This document shows, piece after piece, positions 15,181-23,546 of a stretch of 64,000 nucleotides of DNA. Below the pieces are notes generated by a model. The model saw only the letters and a program-made list of their open reading frames with translations. It searched no databases and was not told where the DNA came from. The DNA is taken from the IMG/VR virus record IMGVR_UViG_3300028840_008185, positions 186,001 through 250,000 of that record. One strand, 5' to 3'. Position 1 is the stretch's first letter; each line of letters begins with the position of its first letter. A program made the position numbers and the translations under genes.

Positions 15181-18100
15181 CTCGCGTCTCTCTTCTCGAA
15201 CTCATGCAAATCTATTAGTTGCTTTTCAGTCAAGCCTCTTTTCTGTTGCTCTTCGTAATCTTGGGGATACTCAAGAGGGAAAACCTCAGCTTCCTCTCCC
15301 TTTTCTTCCGGCGGCGTCACCTTCTCTGTTGGAAACTCAATCACCTTGGCGGCTCGTCTGGAAAGCTGAAACCCATCACTTATCTCTTCCAAATATTCTC
15401 CCGGCAGCGTGCCACTTTTAATTGTCACAAACGCATGAGGGGTGCCCTGAAATAGAAGGCGGGGGCTCGTGCGTTTGAATCCCTTGGCTTTACTAAGCTC
15501 TTCGAGAAGGGAGCCTTGCTCTACTTCGCGCTGGCTCCGTGGCTTTTCCTCTACAATACTAACACCTTCAATCAGTCCATCCGCTAGAGCACGGCTGTAA
15601 TCAACTGCATACAGCTTTCTGCGCTTTGCGAATGCTTGTTGTTCAGGATCATCTTGTGGTCCTATTGGCCGTAACAATAACGAAACCACACGAGAACCAC
15701 CAGGGCCTCGTAGCTTTTCAAGAGCTTCAATAATTTCTTCTGTAGTTAGAGATTCGGCTTCTTTTCCAAGCTCTTCTGCCGCCCTTCCACGATATTTTTC
15801 TAATACTTCAGGCATATGAGACAAACTAGCGGGAGTCTTCAAGCCCTCTTTTATTAGATCTACTCCTGAGGGTCCGTAGTGATATAGCATAGTGGGCACA
15901 GCGGCTCGTTTAGATATAGCAAAAGAACCCTCGGACTTCATCTTTTTTGATAGGGCGCCTATCTTGCTAATAACTGGCAACAATTTCCTCAAGACACCAT
16001 CAAGCTCGCTATAAGATCCTTCTTTAGCGAATATCATTGTGGGCCCGTCTTCTATGGCATCAAGCTCCATATCCCCAAGTTTAGATGGCCAGTGCAACTC
16101 TAAGCGGTAATCGCCTTCTCTTATGGGTGCGTCCGGTTCCAATACCTTGGAGCGCAGCTTTATGGTGAGTAAGAACCAGCCGTATGCGACCTTGGGCATA
16201 AATTCTTCCTCATAGTGCGTTGGAATATCTGGGAAGCTGGTGCTTAACTCAAGCGTGTATCGAGGGTAACCAGTCTCGGAGTAATCATCAGCCTGAACAT
16301 CCCAACCCTCTATTTTGCTTGGTGGAATTAGCAGCCTGAACTCTCTTTCGTAGACATCATCCTCACCCGCCCTTTTTGATAAAGGGATGCCACCTCCTCC
16401 TCCAGCAAACTTCTCCATCACCATTCTCTTAGCCACATCTTTCGTAAGCTCTTTGCCTTCCTCAGCCAACCCATCCTGAAGCTCAAGCAGATACTTTCCA
16501 ACCTGACCGATGATTGGCCCAGGTTTTACATCAAGGATTTCCATAATTTCTTTGCCGTTAAGTATGGGTTTCCTGGCCACGGGAATCTCTTTGGTCTGCT
16601 CGATGCGCTTTCTTAGTTCTGGGATGTAGTTGCTGGGAGGCATGTTCCCTAGAGCATCGGCCTCCGCAAGATCCAGCACATCATCAACCATGCCTTCGCC
16701 CACGTCGCGCACGAACTTCCTAAGAGCTTTTGGCGAGGCTTTTTCAAGGGAGTGTGGGCGCATGTGGTTCTCGACCATGGATTTCACGCGCTGTATAGTT
16801 TTTCCGTCAAACTTGAGTCTGCGCAAGATGGCCTCAGCAATTTCTGCGCCCGCTTTCTCATGGCCCAAGAACTGAATCTTGTCGCCTATGAACTCTTGGG
16901 TCTCAGGTTTGCCGATGTCGTGGAGTAGGGCAGCCAGCTGCCCGTGAATCGTAGGTGGGGCGTTCGAGAGGACTAATAGAGTGTGCTTATAGACATCTCC
17001 TTCCTGGTGGCTGCGCTTGTCGTGCTTGACACCAATGAGCCCATAGATTTCGGGAAGGACTAAGGGAAGGAGGTTGGTCGCTTTCATTATTTTAATGGCC
17101 TGGGCGGTTTTGCCAAGCTTCATTACTTTTGTGAGTTCTTCTTGTATGCGTTCCCAAGAGATTTTCTGTATCTCTTCGGCGTTTCTCCTGACTGATCTGA
17201 GCATAAACATAGGAATCTTCCAGTCATATTTACATTGGAAGCGAATAAGACGAAGCATGCGCAGTGGGTCATTAGAGAACATCGTGTCGGGATTCACAGC
17301 CGGGTGGCCTCTTAGAATGCCCTTTTCTATATCCTCTTTGCTTGTGCCCGTCAGGTCTTCTATTTCGCCCGATGTGAGGTCTCTGAGCAGCATGTTCACC
17401 GTGAAGTCTCTACGCTCGATGTCATCCTTGAGAGGCGCGTAAACCGTCTCACGCTGCCTTGAGGAGGGATCGGGGTAGTGTTCCTTCTGCGTGTCCGCAA
17501 TATCGATTTCAGCGCCTGTCGTAGCATATCGCTGGCCCTCATAAGTTATATCATCCTTGAAGGCGACGTGCCAGATTGGGTAGGCTGCTCCTAGCTGGCG
17601 AGGGGTTGAGGTCTGCTCGGGGAAACTGTCAGCTATAAACTTGCAGAGGGCTTCAGCCCCGCCACGCATTTCCACAACTATGTCGAGGTCTTTGGACTCC
17701 ATGCCCATCAGCTTGTCTCGCTCGTAGCCTCCTACGGAGAAGGCTTTACCGGCGAAAGGGGTGCCCGGTAGTATCCGGAGTAGAAGTCTTTGAACCTCCT
17801 CCTCCGCGAGCGCAGCTCGCTTTGACAGTTTGACATCACTGGCTGGCTGATCTGCTTTCGCACCGGCTCGTTGCTCCGCCCACCTTATTAGACCATCCAT
17901 GGATCTGGCTGCACTTTCAGCACTCATACCTATAACTGTGCCAGCCTCCTCGGGAACTTTGTATAGAAAGTCTTCTTCTGGATAGTTTCTACCCATACCG
18001 GCGAAGGCTCTATTATCCAAATCCATGGGGTCGCCGGATGGTCTTTCATTTTTTTCGTAGATCGCATATGGCGGCGGCTCAAATCCAGGCTCACTAACTT

Positions 18101-19691
18101 CACTAATTATCATAACTGCCTGCGCAAAATACTCACGCTCATCAATATACACCTGCTGCATATTGGCGTTAAGGAAGTTTATCAACTCAGCTTTTACAGC
18201 CGAATTTTTTATTTGTGGCCAGATGTTTGTAAGTCGGTCACTCACCAATTGGAACAACACAGAATCAGGATCGCCATCAGCAAAATCTTCCGTCAGGCCA
18301 ACTGCCGCATCATCCGCATGGTCAAGCTCTCTGAACCGCCCCAGCCCATGACCGAAAGCAGCCAGCAAATACCATACGGGGGCCTCTTCTTCTACTGGTT
18401 CAGGAGACTCCTCTTTTGGCACCTCAGGAGCCACCGGCTCCTCTGGCGGCGCTTCTCTCTTCTTATGCATCTCCCACATCTCTTCTTCTGGAATAGGCTT
18501 AAGCGGCGTGCCAGCGCCGGGAGGAAGCTTATAGCTCTTCCACTGACCTGGCTGCTGTGTTTCGTAAGGTTCAAACCACTTAATGGCTCGCTTCGAGATA
18601 GGAAAAGATTGAGAGGCAACCTTACCCTTCGTGGTGTAGGATGTTTCCAATCCGGGAACAAGGTATTGATTCTTGAGAGTTCCAGCTTCGTGGCCTACGA
18701 TCTTAGCTGTGTTCTCCAGAGCTTCTTTGAACTCTTCTTTGAGTTTCTTTTCCTTTTCTTTTTGCTCCTTTGGAAGACTTCCCTTTCTCACCTTCTTAAG
18801 CTCTTTGCGCATCTCTTCATTGGCATGAAAACCCCTAATATCTTTGGCGGTGATATCAAATGGCTTCAAATAGGCATTAACAGTATTGTCCGTAATGTAA
18901 TAATTATCTCCCTTGAAGATCGTATCATTATCTTTCTTGCCACTCACCATTTCCCTGAGAACGGGAATGATGCTTTTGTTAGTGATCTTCTTATCTTGTT
19001 CTACGCCAGATTTTCCGGTGTATTTAATCACGGCTGTTCCACCAGTAAATTTTATATGTTTCTTCAGCCAGGTGGTCACGCCGTAATGCTTCATATCCTC
19101 GGCAGAATATCTGTTCCCAACTCTCTCGTATGTATCGTCAATGAGAGCTACAGCCAGAGCGTTATATTTTGTCTTGATGTCGCTAGACTTGAGATCCTTG
19201 CCCACTTCCTTTCTAACTTTGGTAATATTTTTGGACAGCTTGTCCAACTTCTTGGCCTTCTTTTCGTCGCGCTCCTTGACATGCTTTTCGGTGTAAATAT
19301 ATGTAATGTTTCCACTTTCTTCTTTCTTTTTCTCGACGTATTCTGCGGCTCGTTTAGACAAAGGAATCCTCTGCGGAATGCCGCTAAGCTCTTGGAATTC
19401 TTCATAATCTACAAGGATTTCTGTATTGGCGGGAATGTCTCGACTAGCGGCTAAGGCATAGCCTTTCTTGGTGGAAATGGCCAAGGCATTGGGGTCTTTG
19501 GAATGATTGAGGTATTTTCCTATGTCCGTTCTGGAATAGGCAGAATCAGTATCTTTGGCCCCTTTCAACTTCTTCATGATGAGGCCAACTACATCACCCT
19601 TCTTAATTTTTTCTTTAGAAAACACGCCTTTGCCGTGAATCTGTGATTTCTTGATTTCTACGGGAAGATCACGCACCGATATTGCTGCCAT
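15177..19691 (-). CDS. 1504-aa multi-enzyme polyprotein (SET, topoisomerase IB, unknown, CCA-adding/HD, unknown, ART-like, tail)
   Basis: Uninterrupted ORF; six [IL]S[KR]RA motifs at the domain boundaries. Confidence 0.92.
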   Translation of the reverse strand: MAAISVRDLPVEIKKSQIHGKGVFSKEKIKKGDVVGLIMKKLKGAKDTDSAYSRTDIGKYLNHSKDPNALAISTKKGYALAASRDIPANTEILVDYEEFQELSGIPQRIPLSKRAAEYVEKKKEESGNITYIYTEKHVKERDEKKAKKLDKLSKNITKVRKEVGKDLKSSDIKTKYNALAVALIDDTYERVGNRYSAEDMKHYGVTTWLKKHIKFTGGTAVIKYTGKSGVEQDKKITNKSIIPVLREMVSGKKDNDTIFKGDNYYITDNTVNAYLKPFDITAKDIRGFHANEEMRKELKKVRKGSLPKEQKEKEKKLKEEFKEALENTAKIVGHEAGTLKNQYLVPGLETSYTTKGKVASQSFPISKRAIKWFEPYETQQPGQWKSYKLPPGAGTPLKPIPEEEMWEMHKKREAPPEEPVAPEVPKEESPEPVEEEAPVWYLLAAFGHGLGRFRELDHADDAAVGLTEDFADGDPDSVLFQLVSDRLTNIWPQIKNSAVKAELINFLNANMQQVYIDEREYFAQAVMIISEVSEPGFEPPPYAIYEKNERPSGDPMDLDNRAFAGMGRNYPEEDFLYKVPEEAGTVIGMSAESAARSMDGLIRWAEQRAGAKADQPASDVKLSKRAALAEEEVQRLLLRILPGTPFAGKAFSVGGYERDKLMGMESKDLDIVVEMRGGAEALCKFIADSFPEQTSTPRQLGAAYPIWHVAFKDDITYEGQRYATTGAEIDIADTQKEHYPDPSSRQRETVYAPLKDDIERRDFTVNMLLRDLTSGEIEDLTGTSKEDIEKGILRGHPAVNPDTMFSNDPLRMLRLIRFQCKYDWKIPMFMLRSVRRNAEEIQKISWERIQEELTKVMKLGKTAQAIKIMKATNLLPLVLPEIYGLIGVKHDKRSHQEGDVYKHTLLVLSNAPPTIHGQLAALLHDIGKPETQEFIGDKIQFLGHEKAGAEIAEAILRRLKFDGKTIQRVKSMVENHMRPHSLEKASPKALRKFVRDVGEGMVDDVLDLAEADALGNMPPSNYIPELRKRIEQTKEIPVARKPILNGKEIMEILDVKPGPIIGQVGKYLLELQDGLAEEGKELTKDVAKRMVMEKFAGGGGGIPLSKRAGEDDVYEREFRLLIPPSKIEGWDVQADDYSETGYPRYTLELSTSFPDIPTHYEEEFMPKVAYGWFLLTIKLRSKVLEPDAPIREGDYRLELHWPSKLGDMELDAIEDGPTMIFAKEGSYSELDGVLRKLLPVISKIGALSKKMKSEGSFAISKRAAVPTMLYHYGPSGVDLIKEGLKTPASLSHMPEVLEKYRGRAAEELGKEAESLTTEEIIEALEKLRGPGGSRVVSLLLRPIGPQDDPEQQAFAKRRKLYAVDYSRALADGLIEGVSIVEEKPRSQREVEQGSLLEELSKAKGFKRTSPRLLFQGTPHAFVTIKSGTLPGEYLEEISDGFQLSRRAAKVIEFPTEKVTPPEEKGEEAEVFPLEYPQDYEEQQKRGLTEKQLIDLHEFEKRDAR
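15366..15902 (-). other. probable ADP-ribosyltransferase-fold (Tpt1/KptA-like) domain (segment 6)
   Basis: LYHYGPSG...IKEGLKTP at the start and GTLPGEYLEEI at the end resemble YHGT...GL.P and IP.EYI patterns. Confidence 0.45.
16383..17813 (-). other. cca: class II tRNA nucleotidyltransferase (CCA-adding/poly(A) polymerase family) with HD domain (segment 4)
   Basis: VGGYERD...KDLDIVV, RRDFTVN, DPLRMLRLIRF, SWERIQEEL, LLHDIGKP. Confidence 0.92.
18600..19346 (-). other. DNA topoisomerase IB catalytic domain (segment 2)
   Basis: RVGN, GKSG, KDIRG, VGH, KNQYL catalytic residues as in bacterial/viral TopIB. Confidence 0.9.
19362..19691 (-). other. SET domain (polyprotein segment 1)
   Basis: SQIHGKGVF...YLNHSKDPN...RDIPANTEILVDY: GxG, NHS and ExxxDY SET motifs. 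Confidence 0.9.
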
Positions 19692-19721
19692 AATGAATAT
19701 ACCTCGCCAACTTTATGTGGT

Positions 19722-19732
19722 ATTATTAGTAG
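19722..19732 (-). promoter_or_regulatory. candidate phage promoter motif CTACTAATAAT (also 51249-51259; variant CTATTAATAT at 35131-35140)
   Basis: Identical 11-mer in two short intergenic gaps upstream of genes. Confidence 0.3.
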
Positions 19733-19733
19733 G

Positions 19734-19964
19734 TTAGAGCCAGGTATGATAATCATGCGTATCAGCATCCCAAACCACATGAAAAATTCTGGCGCAGGCA
19801 GGACAGTGAGGGTGGAGGACAAAATCATCCTCTTCTGGGTAGTAGATCCAGAGGTATGAAAGGCAGGAGGGACAGTTTGTTTCAAGATGGTAATATCCCT
19901 CGGGTGTTGGCAGATCAAAAAGCGAACAAATGACAGATCTATCGCTAGCATTAAGTATCTTCAT
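19734..19964 (-). CDS. small zinc-finger protein (CPSC...CPAC), N-terminus MKILNA
   Basis: ATGA overlap; two CxxC. Confidence 0.8.
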   Translation of the reverse strand: MKILNASDRSVICSLFDLPTPEGYYHLETNCPSCLSYLWIYYPEEDDFVLHPHCPACARIFHVVWDADTHDYHTWL

Positions 19965-20317
19965 ATCGCACCCACCTCCGCAGCTATTTTTTCTAGCTTT
20001 TTAACAAACCAAGTGGTCATGTCCGTAAGCCACCTGTCGCTTTCGTGGAAATTGGCATTCCTCATTGCTTCTTTGCCATCTCGATTAATCCTAAAAGATG
20101 TTGCGGCTTGCCCATCATCTCCCGATGTTATGTCTATGTATGCATATATGTTCGCAAACGTCATATAGGAAGGTGGATAAACCCAGACAATTTCCATGCC
20201 TCCATTCCACTCGGACATTCTAACTGGAGCCAACTTACATCTATTAACTATGGGCAAAATGATTTCCTTAGCCCGCCCTATCTGTTTGCTAAGGGGAACT
20301 GAATTCAAAACTTTCAT
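19961..20317 (-). CDS. hypothetical protein, N-terminus MKVLNS
   Basis: Start reassigned to ATG 20317 (ATGA overlap). Confidence 0.8.
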   Translation of the reverse strand: MKVLNSVPLSKQIGRAKEIILPIVNRCKLAPVRMSEWNGGMEIVWVYPPSYMTFANIYAYIDITSGDDGQAATSFRINRDGKEAMRNANFHESDRWLTDMTTWFVKKLEKIAAEVGAI

Positions 20318-20616
20318 ACGGGGAACCACCTTTCCAGGAAGTCTATAAGTTCATCCTTGGCGTAATCTTTTGATATAAAATGAACAGCGCCCATCATGTT
20401 GTTGTCCATAATCCTCACGAACAATTCATTCTTAGTGGCACCCTGATCCTCGGCGTCATCACCGACCATCAAAACAACTTTACTAGGCCACCTAAAGGCA
20501 ATCCCACCTAACTTTTCTATAATCTTATCAGGCTGCTCAATACCTTCTTGTGTGCAAAACTCTTCCACAGCTTCTTTAGATCGTTCAAAAAAAGAAATAG
20601 AATTAACCAATATCAT
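20314..20616 (-). CDS. hypothetical protein, N-terminus MILVNS
   Basis: Start reassigned to ATG 20616. Confidence 0.7.
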   Translation of the reverse strand: MILVNSISFFERSKEAVEEFCTQEGIEQPDKIIEKLGGIAFRWPSKVVLMVGDDAEDQGATKNELFVRIMDNNMMGAVHFISKDYAKDELIDFLERWFPV

Positions 20617-21016
20617 TTTGGCCGAAATCTCCTGGTTTGGATTCGACACTGGCCAACCATCGTATAACATCAGCCGCGCCGTTTCTTATCGCTTGAACTA
20701 TCTCTTGCGTCATCGGTCTTCCTAGAAAACCATGAATCATCCACAAAATATTGCACTGAATAATCCATCGCTGGTCATACGTAAGATAAGCGGCATCGTA
20801 GTCGGAGATGGTCACGCCTACCTTTCGCTGCTCGAAATCGGCCTGAACTATCAACCTATTTATCATGTCATCTACACCCACTTTAGCTATGTTTCTACAT
20901 ATGGGCGGATCAGGAAGCCCGTAAAAGGGATACACTTCCCAGCCTTCCGGCGGAGATGTATGAACTTCTCTCGTCGGTAAAATTGATTCTTTAACAAACG
21001 CACCTGGGCGCATCAT
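20603..21016 (-). CDS. hypothetical protein (MMRPGAF...)
   Basis: Start just after upstream stop. Confidence 0.75.
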   Translation of the reverse strand: MMRPGAFVKESILPTREVHTSPPEGWEVYPFYGLPDPPICRNIAKVGVDDMINRLIVQADFEQRKVGVTISDYDAAYLTYDQRWIIQCNILWMIHGFLGRPMTQEIVQAIRNGAADVIRWLASVESKPGDFGQNDIG

Positions 21017-21017
21017 C

Positions 21018-21227
21018 TTAGGCATCTTTCCATCCTTTTGGGAGCTTGGGCTCTTCAATTTTGATAAGATCGTCATTATAGTCTTCTGGGTATTGAAGCC
21101 ACACCTTTTCTATTCTCTTGGATATGGCATCCAGATCCTGCTCACCAATATATCTGTCAAAACTTTTCCGGAAGACTTCACAAACTTTATCCAACAATCT
21201 TTCTTCCTCTGTGTTAAGTATTTTCAT
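21018..21227 (-). CDS. hypothetical protein, N-terminus MKILNT
   Basis: ATGA overlap. Confidence 0.75.
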   Translation of the reverse strand: MKILNTEEERLLDKVCEVFRKSFDRYIGEQDLDAISKRIEKVWLQYPEDYNDDLIKIEEPKLPKGWKDA

Positions 21228-21769
21228 TTTTTACCCACTTCGAATGTTCTAGTAGTAATAGCCTTACTATCCTCTAAAGTAGTAAATGGAATTTCCTCTT
21301 CCCACTCTTCTTGAGCGCCAACATTAAAAGCTCTCGGGCTTCGCACTTCAATGTCTGGTTCCTCTTCCTGGAATCCTTCACCCTGGAACCAAGGGAGCTT
21401 TGTCAATAGCTCAACAAGCCCTGGGTCATTAAGAGCATCGCCTTCCTTGTGCATGGGCATACCTTCCTTCCACTCATACTTGTCGGGAATTACTTCCTTA
21501 TCCCTGATTACTTCTGCGGCTGCCTCTTGAATCTCTCCAAGGTTCTTAATAGTCGTGTCCAGAGTTTCTTTGGGCAGAATATTACCATGAAGCTTTGCCC
21601 ACAGCTTCACCTTCTTTATTTTCTCCACCGCATCCTTCTTCACCGTAGCAGAGAACTTCACAAATTCTTTCCACTCACCTTTGGGGTCCAAAGGATCAAA
21701 CTCTCCACACTTAGCTATTAGCTTAACGATCTCAACTGCTTTCTCTAATTCCATTTTCTTAATCTCCAT
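21224..21769 (-). CDS. acidic hypothetical protein (181 aa)
   Basis: ORF packing. Confidence 0.8.
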   Translation of the reverse strand: MEIKKMELEKAVEIVKLIAKCGEFDPLDPKGEWKEFVKFSATVKKDAVEKIKKVKLWAKLHGNILPKETLDTTIKNLGEIQEAAAEVIRDKEVIPDKYEWKEGMPMHKEGDALNDPGLVELLTKLPWFQGEGFQEEEPDIEVRSPRAFNVGAQEEWEEEIPFTTLEDSKAITTRTFEVGKK

Positions 21770-21971
21770 ATTTTATTTTTCTTACCGCCAGCGTCCATTT
21801 AGATTTCACTGGCAAGAACTTCTTGTAATCTGTTGTGCTCTTTATCTCATAGACTTGTTTGTATTCTTTGGTTGAAGGGGTCCAGTTGTAAATCTTTCCA
21901 ACCGGGAACGCATCTCCATTTAGATTTATTCTCACACCCCAGCCAATCTCACTGGTATTTAGTAGTTTCAT
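21759..21971 (-). CDS. hypothetical protein, N-terminus MKLLNT
   Basis: ORF packing. Confidence 0.7.
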   Translation of the reverse strand: MKLLNTSEIGWGVRINLNGDAFPVGKIYNWTPSTKEYKQVYEIKSTTDYKKFLPVKSKWTLAVRKIKYGD

Positions 21972-21972
21972 T

Positions 21973-22380
21973 TCAACCCCTTTTGACTATTCTCCAAATT
22001 ATTTCCACATCAGCCAATCTCAACATTTCTCGTTTATTTATCAGGCCATGTTTAGGATCCAAGAACTGCCTCCTTTTGCTATCCCAAACAACGTAGTGCC
22101 CAGAAAGATTGGGCTGCCTCCACTGGACAGCTACGAGTGCAGCGCCCTTCTGCGGGAGCCTGCATATCTCGTTGTAGTCGTAACCGAGAGAATCCAAAAT
22201 GTCTAGAACTCTGTGGGGATACAATCCACCACGAGAGCGTTTAAGCTCAGGAAATTGTTCAGTAACTTCCTCGTAGAGATGCTTGGTAAGCATGGCTATG
22301 CAAGCTATACCGCAGTCCGTCTTCCGTCTTTGCTCTACAAATTCAATTTGCCTTGGCCTGTGAGACGGAATTTTACTCAA
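21973..22380 (-). CDS. stand-alone C39-like cysteine peptidase
   Basis: EQRRKTDCGIAC...GHYVVWD...LDP. Confidence 0.85.
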   Translation of the reverse strand: MSKIPSHRPRQIEFVEQRRKTDCGIACIAMLTKHLYEEVTEQFPELKRSRGGLYPHRVLDILDSLGYDYNEICRLPQKGAALVAVQWRQPNLSGHYVVWDSKRRQFLDPKHGLINKREMLRLADVEIIWRIVKRG

Positions 22381-22383
22381 TGA

Positions 22384-22626
22384 TTATTCACCTCGAAGCT
22401 TTTCGTCTAACTCCTTTAATATAAGACCTTTTTCCTGGTCAGTCAACCCCTCGTCTTCAACTTTCATGAGTTTTGAGAGATCATTGGTCTGGTGCTCTAT
22501 CTGCTTCATAAGCCTTTGCAGGGCTCTTTTTCTCTCAGGAGAGGAATTAGCATATGGAGATTTCTGTAGCTTCTCTATAGCCGTTCGCAAAACTTCGGGA
22601 AGCTTCTCAAATAGAATGTTGATCAT
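22384..22626 (-). CDS. small helical hypothetical protein
   Basis: ORF packing. Confidence 0.7.
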   Translation of the reverse strand: MINILFEKLPEVLRTAIEKLQKSPYANSSPERKRALQRLMKQIEHQTNDLSKLMKVEDEGLTDQEKGLILKELDEKLRGE

Positions 22627-23035
22627 TTTTTACACCTATGATTTTATACACGAGCCCATTCTCTGTCGAACATACATTCTTGACAAACCCTCCATCGTTG
22701 CGTGCTTTTTCCAGAACAACCTCCACGAGCTTAACCGACTCCTTGCTTAAGCTATTTGTTTCCATAAAGGCGGTTCGTTGACTGCACACATACAGAGTTA
22801 AAGCGCCGCCTGTCACCATATCTTTATGGACGCGCAAAAGCGGGCAAACCTTAAATCTATCAACTTCTTCAAGCTCACAGAAAGACATTAGCCCTAGTTT
22901 GTAGCCGATCCTTGCGCTTTTGATGTGCTGAAATGTTCCTAGGGAATAGCCCAAAAACAGCATGAATAGCAGCACAAGAGTGCATACAATTATTTTTCCT
23001 ATATTGTTCTTTATCTTTCTCAAAAACCCTATCAT
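22607..23035 (-). CDS. membrane-anchored hypothetical protein
   Basis: Basic N-terminus then hydrophobic helix IIVCTLVLLFMLFLGYSLG. Confidence 0.75.
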   Translation of the reverse strand: MIGFLRKIKNNIGKIIVCTLVLLFMLFLGYSLGTFQHIKSARIGYKLGLMSFCELEEVDRFKVCPLLRVHKDMVTGGALTLYVCSQRTAFMETNSLSKESVKLVEVVLEKARNDGGFVKNVCSTENGLVYKIIGVKNDQHSI

Positions 23036-23331
23036 CTTTGTCCCTTTTTAAGCTCAGTCTTAATGCCATTCACATCGCCTTCTTTAAGCATGCGAATAAA
23101 GTGAACCAGATAATCAATGTCGTTTAAATCGTCTGGGTCAAACAAATCGATGTTAATACGCAGCACCTCTTTCGCATCAATGAGAAAGAGCACAGATTTA
23201 AGCTCGCGGGCGACCTTTACTTCCCAACACGGACTCCTGTAATCCTCCTCGCTATCAAAATCAAAAAATTCGCCGGGATCTGCCTTGTCATCGAGAATTT
23301 CCCCAAGTTCTTTGCTGTTAATCACCTTCAT
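23032..23331 (-). CDS. acidic hypothetical protein, N-terminus MKVINS
   Basis: GAGG SD; ATGA overlap. Confidence 0.8.
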   Translation of the reverse strand: MKVINSKELGEILDDKADPGEFFDFDSEEDYRSPCWEVKVARELKSVLFLIDAKEVLRINIDLFDPDDLNDIDYLVHFIRMLKEGDVNGIKTELKKGQR

Positions 23332-23344
23332 AATCCATCCTCAT

Positions 23345-23545
23345 TTATTCTTCGTTATTTATTAACTCCGTGTAACAAAACTCACACACGTTCCATGCCG
23401 CTTCTGGATCAGACGCGCCTTCTTCATAATGTATTAGGAGCGCTGGGGTCTGGCAGCCGTCGCACTTCCCAAACTTCCTCTTTTTCATATACTTGTCTAT
23501 ATATCGTCTTTGCCCACGTTTTAAAATGGTTGTAAAATCAGACAT
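23345..23545 (-). CDS. small zinc-finger protein (CDGC...CEFC)
   Basis: GAGGAG SD before ATG 23545. Confidence 0.75.
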   Translation of the reverse strand: MSDFTTILKRGQRRYIDKYMKKRKFGKCDGCQTPALLIHYEEGASDPEAAWNVCEFCYTELINNEE

Positions 23546-23546
23546 A

